Positions 53,261-62,581 of a stretch of 64,000 nt of DNA are shown here, piece by piece. The stretch is taken from assembly GCA_035498875.1 (NCBI GenBank), contig DATJZP010000061.1, forward strand, positions 172,614 to 236,613, read 5' to 3'. The position numbers and the translations under genes are program-made. The notes beneath the pieces are model-generated. The model saw only the letters and a list, made by a program, of their open reading frames with translations. It was not told where the DNA came from and made no database searches. The stretch is from Myxococcota bacterium (lineage in GTDB: Bacteria; Myxococcota_A; UBA9160; SZUA-336). The stretch's first letter is position 1. The number at the start of each line of letters is the position of its first letter.

Positions 53261-53647
53261 GTGCTGGAGACGAGAGAGAGCTCGCTCACGTTCACCGGCC
53301 GGCTGCGCAGCTTGCGCTACGCGTTGCGTGGCATCGCCGTGATGCTGCGCTCGCAGCACAACGCCTGGCTGCACGCGGCTGCCACTGTCGCAGTGATCAC
53401 GCTCGGCCTGGAGCTGGGTCTCTCGTCGCCGGAATGGTGTTGGATCGTGCTCGCGATCATGGCGGTGTGGACGGCGGAGGCGCTGAACACGGCGTTCGAG
53501 TTCCTGACCGACGTGGCTTCCCCCGGCTTCCACCCGATCGCGGGCCAGGCGAAGGACGTCGCCGCGGGCGCGGTGTTGCTGTCCGCGCTGGGTGCGGTGG
53601 CCATCGGCGCGCTGGTGCTCGGTCCCCACCTGCTGGCGAAGTTGTGA
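53261..53647 (+). CDS. dgkA: Diacylglycerol kinase
   Basis: Sequence RSLRYALRGIAVMLRSQHNAWLHAAA...VWTAEALNTAFEFLTD...AKDVAAGAVLL. Confidence 0.85.
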   Translation: MLETRESSLTFTGRLRSLRYALRGIAVMLRSQHNAWLHAAATVAVITLGLELGLSSPEWCWIVLAIMAVWTAEALNTAFEFLTDVASPGFHPIAGQAKDVAAGAVLLSALGAVAIGALVLGPHLLAKL

Positions 53648-54324
53648 CTCCGTTCGAACGCGCGCGCGAGTACTGGGCGGTGCGGCTGGGCTGCGCCCGC
53701 GGAGCGCTGGTGCTGCCCGGACTCACGGTGGTGCCGCAGCCCGAGCAGCGCGCGCTGTTCGCGCTGCTGAGCGGTGAGTCGCTGGTGGTGATGGCGCCGG
53801 AGCGCCTGCACGAGCCGCTGCTCGAGCTTCCGCAGCCGAGCACGCTCGTGACTCCCGAGGGGCTCGCCCCGCTCGTGCCCGACGGCGCGCGGCTGATCGG
53901 GCCGGCGAGCGTCGCTTATCTCGAAGAGGAGCTCGTCCAGCCCGATGGCGTCGTCGAGCTCGAGTCGCTCGCGGACCCGCGGCTCGAAGAGCTCCGGCGC
54001 GCGGTCACGCCCGACGAGTGGCGGCACGCCAACCTCGAGAAAGCGGAGCCGCCGCTGTTCGGAATCGAGCACCAGGGCCGCCTGGGCGCGGCTGCGGGCT
54101 TCGAACGCGTGCAGGATCGCGTCGCGCACATCGGTGTCCTGAGCGATCCGCGCTCGCGCGAGCGGGGCTTCGGCCGGCTCGTGACTCAGGCGGTCGGAGC
54201 GCGCGCGCTCGCGCTGCAGCTCCTGCCCCAGTACCAGACGCTGCTCTCGAACGCCGGCGCGCTGCGCATCGGCAAGCAGCTCGGCTTCGCGCAGTTCGCC
54301 GTGACCCTGGCCGCGCGCTGGTAG
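53644..54324 (+). CDS. GNAT family N-acetyltransferase
   Basis: The C-terminal acetyl-CoA region reads HIGVLSDPRSRERGFGRLVTQAV. GTGA overlaps dgkA. Confidence 0.6.
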   Translation: MTPFERAREYWAVRLGCARGALVLPGLTVVPQPEQRALFALLSGESLVVMAPERLHEPLLELPQPSTLVTPEGLAPLVPDGARLIGPASVAYLEEELVQPDGVVELESLADPRLEELRRAVTPDEWRHANLEKAEPPLFGIEHQGRLGAAAGFERVQDRVAHIGVLSDPRSRERGFGRLVTQAVGARALALQLLPQYQTLLSNAGALRIGKQLGFAQFAVTLAARW

Positions 54325-54334
54325 TGGGTCGACG

Positions 54335-55120
54335 GTGACCGACAAGCCCGCGCACCTGGCACCGGAGTTCGGAGCGCAGTTCGCGGAGCGCTCGGTCGTG
54401 GCGGCCTATCGCACGCGGCCGCCCTATCCGCCGGGCACGTGCGAGATCCTCTTGGAGCTCGTGACTCCCGCGGGCGCGCCCGTGCTCGAGCTCGGCGCCG
54501 GCTCCGGCGATTTGACGTGCGAGCTCGCTCCGCGAGTGGCCGCGCTCGATGCGGTCGAGCCCGCCGAGGCGATGCTCGCCGTCGCGCGCGAGCGCGCGGC
54601 GCGCATCCCGAACCTGCGTTGGTTCGCGAGCGGGGCCGAGTCCTTCGAGACCGACCTTCGCTACGGCCTCGCGGTGGCCGCGGAGAGCCTGCACTGGATG
54701 GAGTGGAAGGTCGTGCTGCCCAAGCTGGCGCGGCTGCTCCGGCCCGCCGCGCCGCTCGCGATCGTGACCCGCGGGCTCGAAGCGCTGCCCTGGGACGCCG
54801 AGCTCGGCCGTCTGATCGCGACTCACTCCACGAACCGCGACTTCCGGGCCTACGATCTGGTCGAGGAGCTGGCGCAGCGCGGGCTCTTTCGCGAGCGCGG
54901 CCGGCGCCGCACGCCGCCCGCGACGTTCGCACAGCCGCTGGCCGACTACGTCGAGTCCTTTCACTCGCGCAACGGCTTCTCGCGCGAGCGCATGACCGCG
55001 GCGGGCGCCGACGCGTTCGATGCCGCGTTGCGGGCGCTGGTGCTGCGGCACGCGCCCGATGGCGAGCTGCGGCTGCGGGTCTCGGCGCTCGTGATCTTCG
55101 GCACGCCGCTCAGCGGCTGA
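54335..55120 (+). CDS. Class I SAM-dependent methyltransferase
   Basis: Contains VLELGAGSGDLT. Confidence 0.75.
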   Translation: MTDKPAHLAPEFGAQFAERSVVAAYRTRPPYPPGTCEILLELVTPAGAPVLELGAGSGDLTCELAPRVAALDAVEPAEAMLAVARERAARIPNLRWFASGAESFETDLRYGLAVAAESLHWMEWKVVLPKLARLLRPAAPLAIVTRGLEALPWDAELGRLIATHSTNRDFRAYDLVEELAQRGLFRERGRRRTPPATFAQPLADYVESFHSRNGFSRERMTAAGADAFDAALRALVLRHAPDGELRLRVSALVIFGTPLSG

Positions 55121-55487
55121 GCTCGGGCAGCACGCGCGCGAAGAAGTCGCGATCGCCCGCGAAGGTCGGCTCGAGCGCGAGAAACTCGGGCCCCGTGACC
55201 CAGCGCGCGGCGCTCACCTCGTCGGGCTGGAGTCGCAGGTCGCTCGCACCCGCGCGCAAGAGCGCGGTCCACCAGTGCAGTCGGAAGCGGCCGTCGTCGG
55301 TCGGACACTCGAAGACCTTCCGGCCGACAGTGACTTCGAGGCCGAGCTCCTCGCGCACCTCGCGCACCAGCGCCTGTGCCTGGCTCTCACCGGGCTCGAT
55401 CCGGCCCGAGGGCAGTGACCACCAGCCGCTGAACGGCCCGCGCGGCCCGCGCTGGATCGCGAGCACGGCGGCGCCGCGCAGGATCAC
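55110..55487 (-). CDS. NUDIX hydrolase
   Basis: The Nudix box is GRIEPGESQAQALVREVREELGLE. Confidence 0.85.
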   Translation of the reverse strand: MILRGAAVLAIQRGPRGPFSGWWSLPSGRIEPGESQAQALVREVREELGLEVTVGRKVFECPTDDGRFRLHWWTALLRAGASDLRLQPDEVSAARWVTGPEFLALEPTFAGDRDFFARVLPELSR

Positions 55488-55511
55488 CGCGACGACCGCT
55501 TCCGGCAGCGG

Positions 55512-56246
55512 CTAGCTCTCGCCCATCCAGGGCCGGACGAGCGGCGGCACGCGCACGCTGCGCGGTCCGTGGAAGATCGTGGTGAGTGCCCGGCGCGGGC
55601 GCGGGCTGGTGTTGGGCGCCGTGCCGTGGACGGTGCGGCAGTGGTGGAACGTGGCACCGCCCGGCTGCAGCGGAACGGGCACCGCGCCCGACACGTCGAA
55701 CGGCTGGTCGAGCACCAGCGGCTCGTTCTCGGGCTTCCTGTACTTCAGCACGTCGAGCTTGTGCGAGCCGGGCACGAACTGCATGCAGCCGCTGTCCACG
55801 GTGACTTCGTCGAGCGGCATCCAGACCGAGAGCGAGTGACAGCGCTCGTGGCGAAACTCCCAGTACACCTCGTCCTGATGGAACGGAGTGTCTCGGCCGG
55901 CGGCGGCGGGCTTGAAGATGAACATCAGCCCGCCGTAGCGGCTTTCGTCGATGCCGAGCAGTTCCGCGGCCAGGCGCTGGGCGTTGCGGATGTAGTGAGT
56001 CTCCAGGAGCTTGGGCACCTGCCGCTCGGGCAGGAAGATCTGGTTGATCGTGCCCTCGACGCCGCTCGGACCGGCGCCGCCGTAGCGCAGCCGGAGCGGC
56101 CGTTCGTCTTCGATGAGCTGGTCGTATACCTCGCGCAGCCAGCGGATCTCGTCGGGCGTGGTGATCGCGGGAATCGAGGTGAATCCCCGCTCGCGGAAGC
56201 CTTCGAGCTCTTCGCGCTCGAGGCGCGGCGAGAAGTCGTGATCCAT
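55512..56246 (-). CDS. Phytanoyl-CoA dioxygenase (PhyH) family protein
   Basis: Contains TPFHQDEVYW (H-x-D) and ATFHHCRTVHGTAPN (distal His). The start is ATG at 56246. Confidence 0.75.
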   Translation of the reverse strand: MDHDFSPRLEREELEGFRERGFTSIPAITTPDEIRWLREVYDQLIEDERPLRLRYGGAGPSGVEGTINQIFLPERQVPKLLETHYIRNAQRLAAELLGIDESRYGGLMFIFKPAAAGRDTPFHQDEVYWEFRHERCHSLSVWMPLDEVTVDSGCMQFVPGSHKLDVLKYRKPENEPLVLDQPFDVSGAVPVPLQPGGATFHHCRTVHGTAPNTSPRPRRALTTIFHGPRSVRVPPLVRPWMGES

Positions 56247-56278
56247 GACTGCCAAGGATATCCGACTCGCGCGCGGAG

Positions 56279-56734
56279 CTACAACGCCGGATCCCAGGCG
56301 TAACGCACGTCGGGCTCGCACTCGGGCGAGGGGCTGACTCCGAACGTCACCGGCCGGAAGCCGTGCCGCTCGTAGAAGGCGCGCGCCCGCTGGTTACGCT
56401 GATGCGTGTAGAGCGAGAGGCCGCGCGGGTGGAGCCGCTTCGCGTGCTCGAGCAGCGCGCGGCCCACCCCCGAGCGCTGCGCGGGCGGATCGACGTAGAG
56501 ATAGCCGACGAAGGCGTCGCGCAGCGCGAGCAGGCCGAGCAGGCGCGGCCCCGCGCACGCCACCCAGACCTCGTGCTCGCGCGCCAGCACGTCGCGGAAG
56601 AAGCGCAGGTCGTCGTCGGGCGAGTAACTCATGCGGGCCTCGAGCCAGGGCTGTGTCTCGTCGCGCGAGCGGCGCCACAGCCGCACCAGCTCTTCGATCT
56701 CGTCGTGTCTCAGGCGTCGGATCTCGCGCGACAT
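56279..56734 (-). CDS. GNAT family N-acetyltransferase
   Basis: Contains YVDPPAQRSGVGRALLEHA and FYERHGF. Confidence 0.8.
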   Translation of the reverse strand: MSREIRRLRHDEIEELVRLWRRSRDETQPWLEARMSYSPDDDLRFFRDVLAREHEVWVACAGPRLLGLLALRDAFVGYLYVDPPAQRSGVGRALLEHAKRLHPRGLSLYTHQRNQRARAFYERHGFRPVTFGVSPSPECEPDVRYAWDPAL

Positions 56735-56783
56735 CGCCGGCCGATGCTAGCTTGCACGCGCGGCGAAGCGAGAGGGGAGGGCG

Positions 56784-57248
56784 ATGGCGGCACAGGCGAA
56801 AGCCAGGAGCGCGCGCGGGCGACCGCAGATCCGGGTGGCGCGGCTCTCGGATGCGAAGCCGATCGCGATGCTGGTCACCGCGCTCGGCTATCCCACGAAC
56901 GCGAGTGACATGCACGCGCGTCTCGAGGCGTTGTTGTCCGACGCCACTTACTCGACGTTCCTGGCCGAGGTCGCGGGCGAAGTCGTGGGCATGGCGGGCG
57001 TTTGCATCGCGCGCTTCTACGAGAAGAACGGACACTACGCGCGGCTCGTGGCGTTGGTGGTCTCGGAGACGAGCTCGGGCAAGGGCGTGGGCGCTGCGCT
57101 CGTGCGCGAGGTCGAGAAGTGGGCGCGCGAGCAGGGCGCGAGCGAGATCTTCCTGAATAGCGGCGTGCAGCGCGAGGGCACGCACAGCTTCTACGAGAAG
57201 CTCGGCTATCGCGAGACCGGCGTGCGCTTCTCGAAAGAGCTCGCCTAA
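56784..57248 (+). CDS. GNAT family N-acetyltransferase
   Basis: Contains VVSETSSGKGVGAALVREVEKWA and FYEKLGY. Confidence 0.8.
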   Translation: MAAQAKARSARGRPQIRVARLSDAKPIAMLVTALGYPTNASDMHARLEALLSDATYSTFLAEVAGEVVGMAGVCIARFYEKNGHYARLVALVVSETSSGKGVGAALVREVEKWAREQGASEIFLNSGVQREGTHSFYEKLGYRETGVRFSKELA

Positions 57249-57264
57249 GTGTTAGGGTGAGGCG

Positions 57265-57945
57265 ATGCAGAGCGAGACGGCCGAGCCCAAGCCGCTGCGG
57301 CGGCGCGATCCGGACCGCCCCTGGTACTCGTTCGCCGCACGGCTGCTGCCCGACGGCCCGCTCGGGCGCTGGGCCGACCTGGGCTGCGGCCGCGGTGAGT
57401 TCATCGAGCAGGCGTCCGGCGACGGCAAGAGCGGGATCGGCGTCGACTACGCGACCTCGAGCGCCAAGGCGCTGCGGGCCACGGGCCGGCCGGCGCTCGT
57501 CGCCGACCTGAACCGCGGGCTGCCCTTCGCCGACCAGTCACTCGACGGCGCCTCGCTGATCGAGGTGATCGAGCACATCGTGCAGGCCGAGACCCTGGTG
57601 GCCGAGCTGGCGCGCGTGATCCGGCCCGGCGGCTGGCTGATCGTGACCACGCCCAACGTCGTGCACATCGCCTACCGCTGGCGCGCGCTGACCGGTCACC
57701 CGCCCAAGCAGGAGGGCTACCACTACCGCTTCTTCACGCGCGACACGCTGGCGCAGATCTTCGCCGAGGCCGGCTTCCGAGTGACTGCCCAGGCCTCGTT
57801 CGGCAAGCAGGCGCTGCTCTCGAAGCTGGCGCGGATCGCCGGCAAGGGCGCGAAGCACAAGGTGCGCTACGTGGTGCCGCGCCCGTTCGAGCCGCTGCTC
57901 GCACAGCACTTCGTCTGGCGCCTGGAACGGCTGCCCGCGCGGTAA
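57265..57945 (+). CDS. Class I SAM-dependent methyltransferase
   Basis: Contains WADLGCGRGEF and DGASLIEVIEHI. Confidence 0.75.
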   Translation: MQSETAEPKPLRRRDPDRPWYSFAARLLPDGPLGRWADLGCGRGEFIEQASGDGKSGIGVDYATSSAKALRATGRPALVADLNRGLPFADQSLDGASLIEVIEHIVQAETLVAELARVIRPGGWLIVTTPNVVHIAYRWRALTGHPPKQEGYHYRFFTRDTLAQIFAEAGFRVTAQASFGKQALLSKLARIAGKGAKHKVRYVVPRPFEPLLAQHFVWRLERLPAR

Positions 57946-57955
57946 GATAGGCCGC

Positions 57956-58495
57956 ATGAGCCGTCTTTTGCTCGTGCGGCACTGCCAGTCCTCGGGCCAG
58001 CACCCCGATGCGGCGCTGACCGAAGCGGGACACGTCCAGGCGCACGCGCTGGCCGAGAGACTCTGCGAGCTTCCGATCGACCGGATCGTGGCCAGCAGCT
58101 ACCGCCGCGCGCGTGCCACGCTCGCGCCGCTCGCCGGCCGGCTCGGCCTCGACCTCGAGCTCGACGATCGACTGGTGGAGCGCCGGCTGTCGCCTGCGCC
58201 GATCGATCACTGGCGCGAGGTGGTCGAGCGCTCGTTCAGCGAGCCCGACTTCTGCGTGCCCGGCGGCGAGTCGGGGCGCGAGACGCTCGAGCGCGGCTGG
58301 AAGGCGCTGGAAGCGATCTTCGACGCGGGTCACACGCTGCCGGTGGTGGCGAGTCACGGCCAGCTGATCTCGATCGTGCTGCACCGGATCGACCCGAGCT
58401 TCGGCTTCGCGGGCTGGCAAGGGATGGCCAACCCGGACCTGTTCTGGCTCGAGCGGGACGCGGGCGGCCGCGTCTCATGGAGGAGGAGCCCTTGA
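57956..58495 (+). CDS. Histidine phosphatase (phosphoglycerate mutase) family protein
   Basis: Sequence LLLVRHCQSSG ... ESGRE ... VVASHGQL. Confidence 0.8.
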   Translation: MSRLLLVRHCQSSGQHPDAALTEAGHVQAHALAERLCELPIDRIVASSYRRARATLAPLAGRLGLDLELDDRLVERRLSPAPIDHWREVVERSFSEPDFCVPGGESGRETLERGWKALEAIFDAGHTLPVVASHGQLISIVLHRIDPSFGFAGWQGMANPDLFWLERDAGGRVSWRRSP

Positions 58496-58854
58496 TCGAC
58501 CACGTGAGTCTCCATGTCTCCGACTACGCGCGCAGCAAGAAGTTCTTCAGCGCGGCGCTGGCGCCCCTGGGTTACTCGGTGCTGATGGAGTACGACGGCG
58601 CGGCCGGGCTCGGCTCGGGCCGGCCCGACTTCTGGATCGCGCAAGCCGAGCCGAAGAGCGGGCCCACTCACGTCTGCTTCGCCGCGACCAGCCGCGCGCA
58701 GGTCGACGCCTTCCACAAGGCGGCGCTGGCCGCGGGCGGGCGAGACAACGGCGGACCCGGGCTGCGCACTCACTATCACCCCAGCTACTACGGCGCGTTC
58801 GTGTTCGACCCCGACGGCAACAACGTCGAGGCGGTATGCCACTTGCCGGCGTAG
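58477..58854 (+). CDS. VOC/glyoxalase family protein
   Basis: Sequence IDHVSLHVSDYARSKKFFSAAL...HPSYYGAFVFDPDGNNVEAV. Confidence 0.8.
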   Translation: MEEEPLIDHVSLHVSDYARSKKFFSAALAPLGYSVLMEYDGAAGLGSGRPDFWIAQAEPKSGPTHVCFAATSRAQVDAFHKAALAAGGRDNGGPGLRTHYHPSYYGAFVFDPDGNNVEAVCHLPA

Positions 58855-59423
58855 CGATCGGGCTGCGCGTGAAGACCGCGCGCGCCACCGCCGTGCTGGT
58901 GGGCGACCCCGCCCAGCCGCGCGCGCTCGAGCGGCGCGAGCTCGTGCTCTACGACCCCGACGTGCCGCATTCGGGCCAGCCGTATCACCTGGAGCTCGAG
59001 CTCGCGGCGTCCGCGGCGGCCCCGCTGCTCGCCAAGGCGCTGGCCGCGGTGCGGCGCGTGGGCAAGCGCGAGCTCGCCGGGCTGGTGGAGTCACTCGCGC
59101 GCACGGGCGTCTCCGTGCGCGGAGTGGGGCTCGTCGCCGGCAGTCTGGGCGATCCGCAGAAGCTCGGGAACCCGCACGTGCGCGCGCACGCGCTCGAAGG
59201 CAGGCTCTATTGGAGCGTGCTCGAGGAATCCGCGCGAGAGCTCGGAGTGGCCTGCTCGGTCACGACCGAGAAGGAGATCTGGGCGCAGGCGGCCAAGTCA
59301 CTCGGCCGCCGGCCGGAGACGCTGCGCAAGGTGGTGGCGGAGTGGGGCCGCGCGCTGGGCCGGCCGTGGGGCGCCGAGGAGAAGAGCGCGGCGCTGGCCG
59401 CCTGGACGATGCTCAGCGCTTGA
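58836..59423 (+). CDS. Hypothetical protein
   Basis: 195 aa with good third-position GC. I recognise no family. Confidence 0.5.
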   Translation: MPLAGVAIGLRVKTARATAVLVGDPAQPRALERRELVLYDPDVPHSGQPYHLELELAASAAAPLLAKALAAVRRVGKRELAGLVESLARTGVSVRGVGLVAGSLGDPQKLGNPHVRAHALEGRLYWSVLEESARELGVACSVTTEKEIWAQAAKSLGRRPETLRKVVAEWGRALGRPWGAEEKSAALAAWTMLSA

Positions 59424-59762
59424 GCTCCGCGCGCGCGAGCCAGGGTGCCCGGGCTCGCTCCGCGAGAGCGCGTCGCGCAGCCAGTCACACGCGGTGAGCT
59501 CGCCTCTGCGAAATTCGGGCGCGAGATGGGGGACGCCGCGCGGGTCTCGGAGAATCACGGAGGCCAGCGGCCGCCGAATCGCGAGCAGCCTGCGGAACCG
59601 CCAGTCACTTCCACGGCGTCGTCGAGGACGATCTGGAAGGACCACGGGCGGCCGCTGCGCCGTCATCAGACGTCGTTCACCTGGGGCGGCACGGTCTCGC
59701 CCGGCGCGAGCTCGCTCAGCACGTTTGCAGCTCGAAAGTGACCCGTCTACGCTGGCCCGGGC

Positions 59763-60788
59763 ATGGCCCGGATCTACCACCTGGTGACCGCGCCCGAGCT
59801 GCTCTCGGGGCTCGCCGCGAATCACTACACCCCGGCGCGTTTCGCGGAGGACGGCTTCGTGCACTGCTGCGCCGACGAGGCCAGCGCGCTGGCGGTCGCG
59901 CGCGACTACTTCGCGGCTGCGGCCGACCCGCTCTTGGTGCTGGCGCTCGACACCGCGCGGCTGGACGCAGCCTGCGTGTTCGAGGCGCCCGCGCCGCTGC
60001 CGGGCGCGGGCCGCGCGCACCTGGCCACGGCCGAGAAGTTCCCCCACGTGCACGGGCCGCTCGCGCTGCGTGCGCTGCGCGGGGTGGGGACGCTTGGGCG
60101 CCGCGGGAGAGACTTCGCCTGGCCCGCCGCGCTCGGCAGTCTCGGCGAGTCACTCGCCGGTGCGCTCGCAGAGCGCCTGCGCGCGCCCGAGCACGCGGGC
60201 CTGGCCGGGCTGCGCCGGCTGCGGCGCGAGACTTCGCGGCGGCTCGTGCGAGCGCCCGGGCGGCTGGTGCTCGAGCTCGGCCAGTCTCTCGTCGCCACGG
60301 GCGGGATGCGCGAGCGGGTGCTGGGCAGCGAGCTGGTGCTCCATCACCCCGAGGCGCTGGGCAAGCTACGGGTCCGCGATGCGAAGAGACTCGCGGGCAA
60401 GCTCGCGAGCTGGGCCGACGTGGACGTGTTCGCCTGCGCCATCGCGGGCCAGGCTTTTCGCGACGGCCGCATCCCCGAGGCCGAAATCCTGCGCTGGGCG
60501 CGCTCTCGCGATCCGTTCTGGCGTCGCGCCGCGCTGGTCAGCACGGTGCCCCTGAACGTGCGCGCCCAGGGCGGAGCCGGCGATGCGCGCCGCACGCTGC
60601 GCATCTGCCGCGCGCTGCTGGGCGATCGCGCCGACCTGGTGGTGAAGGCGCTGTCGTGGGCGCTGCGCGCGCTGGCCGAGCGCGATCCCGCAGCGGTGGA
60701 GAGATTCGTCGGCGCACAGCGCGCCAAGCTCGCCGCGCGCGTGCTGCGCGAGGTGGGCACGAAGCTCCGGACCGGTCGGAAGAATTGA
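59763..60788 (+). CDS. Fusion protein: N-terminal DUF952, C-terminal DNA-alkylation-repair (AlkD/AlkC-like HEAT) domain
   Basis: The N-terminus is MARIYHLVTAPEL...DGFVHCCADE...FPHVHGPL (DUF952 pattern). The C-terminus is WADVDVFA...SRDPFWRRAALVSTV...DLVVKALSWALRAL (PF08713-like pattern). Confidence 0.65.
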   Translation: MARIYHLVTAPELLSGLAANHYTPARFAEDGFVHCCADEASALAVARDYFAAAADPLLVLALDTARLDAACVFEAPAPLPGAGRAHLATAEKFPHVHGPLALRALRGVGTLGRRGRDFAWPAALGSLGESLAGALAERLRAPEHAGLAGLRRLRRETSRRLVRAPGRLVLELGQSLVATGGMRERVLGSELVLHHPEALGKLRVRDAKRLAGKLASWADVDVFACAIAGQAFRDGRIPEAEILRWARSRDPFWRRAALVSTVPLNVRAQGGAGDARRTLRICRALLGDRADLVVKALSWALRALAERDPAAVERFVGAQRAKLAARVLREVGTKLRTGRKN

Positions 60789-61189
60789 GCGCGTACGAAG
60801 GCGGCTGTCTGTGCGGGGCGGTGCGCTACCGGGCGACCGGACGCGCCAGCAACTCCACGCTGTGTCACTGCACGTCTTGCCGGCGCGCATCCGGAGCGCC
60901 CGCCGTCGCCTGGGTCACGTTCGCGCGCTCGGGCTTTGCCTTTACGGGCGCGGCGCCGGTGCGCTACCGATCCTCGGCGCCGGCGGTGCGCAGCTTCTGC
61001 GGCCGCTGCGGGACGCCGATCAGCTACGAACGAGACGACGAGCCGGAGACACTCGATGTGACGACCGCCAGCCTCGACCGCGCCGCGGAGCTCGCGCCGG
61101 CCGACCATACCTGGGTGAGTGAGTCGTTGCCGTGGAGCGACGCGCTCGCCGACCTGCCGCGCCACGCTCGGCGGCGGAACGAAGCATGA
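60785..61189 (+). CDS. GFA family protein (third paralog)
   Basis: TTG at 60785 overlaps the upstream stop. Sequence YEGGCLCGAVRYR...LCHCTSCRRASG...FCGRCGT. Confidence 0.7.
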   Translation: MSAYEGGCLCGAVRYRATGRASNSTLCHCTSCRRASGAPAVAWVTFARSGFAFTGAAPVRYRSSAPAVRSFCGRCGTPISYERDDEPETLDVTTASLDRAAELAPADHTWVSESLPWSDALADLPRHARRRNEA

Positions 61190-61602
61190 TTGACTCGGTT
61201 CCCAGCTTCGGCGCGCCGCTCGAGGGCCGCGAGCACAAGCCGCGCGCCGCGGTCTATGCCGTGATCCGAGACCCACAGGGCCGGATCGCCGCCGTGAAGA
61301 CCAGCCTCGGGCTGCTCTTGCCCGGCGGCGGGCTCGAGCGCGGCGAGACGCTGCTCGACTGTCTCAAGCGCGAGCTGCGCGAAGAGTGCGCGCGGCCGGT
61401 CGCGATCGACCGCCAGATCGGCATGGCGCTCGAGTTCTTCGAGACCCTGGAAGGGGCCTTCGAGGGCCGCCACGTGTTCTTCGAAGCGCGCTTCCTGGGT
61501 CCGCCGGACGGCCCCGCCGAGTACGAGCTCACCTGGCTCGAGCCCGAGATCGCCGGCTCGCAGCTCCACCACCGCAGTCACGCCTGGGCGCTGGAGCACT
61601 GA
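61186..61602 (+). CDS. NUDIX hydrolase
   Basis: The Nudix box is GGGLERGETLLDCLKRELREECA. ATGA overlaps the upstream gene. Confidence 0.8.
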   Translation: MIDSVPSFGAPLEGREHKPRAAVYAVIRDPQGRIAAVKTSLGLLLPGGGLERGETLLDCLKRELREECARPVAIDRQIGMALEFFETLEGAFEGRHVFFEARFLGPPDGPAEYELTWLEPEIAGSQLHHRSHAWALEH

Positions 61603-61604
61603 GC

Positions 61605-62084
61605 ATGGCCGAGATCGTGAAAGCGCGCATGACCGCCGAGGCGGCGGGCGAGTTCTGTATCTTCCTGATCGGCGCGCGCATCAACAAGCCGTGGAAGGTG
61701 CACCGCTGGCTGCCGGTCGTCCGGGCCATGCGCGCGATGCTGAAGGAGCTGGAAGGGCTCTCGGACTCGGGCTTCCTGGGCGTCGAGCAGTGGTTCGGCA
61801 ACCCTTCGATCATGGTCCAGTACTGGCGCAGCTTCGAGCAGCTCGAGGCCTACGCGACCGCCCGCGACCTGTCTCACTTGCCGGCCTGGGCCGCGTTCAA
61901 CCGCGACGTCGGCTCGAACGGCGACGTGGGCATCTGGCACGAGACCTACCGCGTCCGCCCCGGCGACTTCGAGTGCGTGTACAACAACATGCCCCGCTTC
62001 GGGCTGGCGCGCGCGTTCTCGGCCGTGCCGGCCACGGGCCGGCGCGAGTCCGCACCAGGCCGGATGCGGGCTTCTGGTCGCTGA
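61605..62084 (+). CDS. DUF4188 domain protein
   Basis: Sequence FLIGARINKPWKVHRWLPVVRAMRAMLKEL...MVQYWRSFEQLEAYA. Confidence 0.7.
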   Translation: MAEIVKARMTAEAAGEFCIFLIGARINKPWKVHRWLPVVRAMRAMLKELEGLSDSGFLGVEQWFGNPSIMVQYWRSFEQLEAYATARDLSHLPAWAAFNRDVGSNGDVGIWHETYRVRPGDFECVYNNMPRFGLARAFSAVPATGRRESAPGRMRASGR

Positions 62085-62087
62085 GTC

Positions 62088-62528
62088 GTGCCCGTCGAAG
62101 TGATCGGCATCGACCACGTGTATCTCGCGGTGACCGACCTCGCGCGCTCGAAGCGCTTCTACGACGGCGTCATGCGCGTGCTCGGCTACGCGCAGGCCGA
62201 ATCCGAGATCGCAGGCGATCCCCACGTCCACTACTACAACCGCCAGTTCGGCTTCTCGCTGCGCCCGGCCCGCACCCGGACGAGTCACGACCCCTATGCC
62301 CCGGGGCTGCATCACTTCTGCTTCCGCGTGCTGGACGAGCGCGCGGTCGATCGCGCCTATGAAGAGCTGCGCGCGCTGGGCGTCGAGCCGAGCGCGCCGC
62401 GCCGCCATCCCGAATACGCGCCCGACTACTACGCCACGTTCTTCGAGGACCCCGACGGAATCCGCCTGGAAATCACCAACTTCCGCGAGCAACGCCGGCG
62501 GCGCATGTACGACTGGGACGCGCGCTAG
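62088..62528 (+). CDS. VOC/glyoxalase family protein
   Basis: Sequence IDHVYLAVTDLARSKRFYDGVM...GLHHFCFRV...FEDPDGIRLEI. Confidence 0.8.
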   Translation: MPVEVIGIDHVYLAVTDLARSKRFYDGVMRVLGYAQAESEIAGDPHVHYYNRQFGFSLRPARTRTSHDPYAPGLHHFCFRVLDERAVDRAYEELRALGVEPSAPRRHPEYAPDYYATFFEDPDGIRLEITNFREQRRRRMYDWDAR

Positions 62529-62581
62529 CGCAGCAATGCGCTGCGCGGCGGAATGCCACAGCGGCCTTTACCCTGGGGTCC

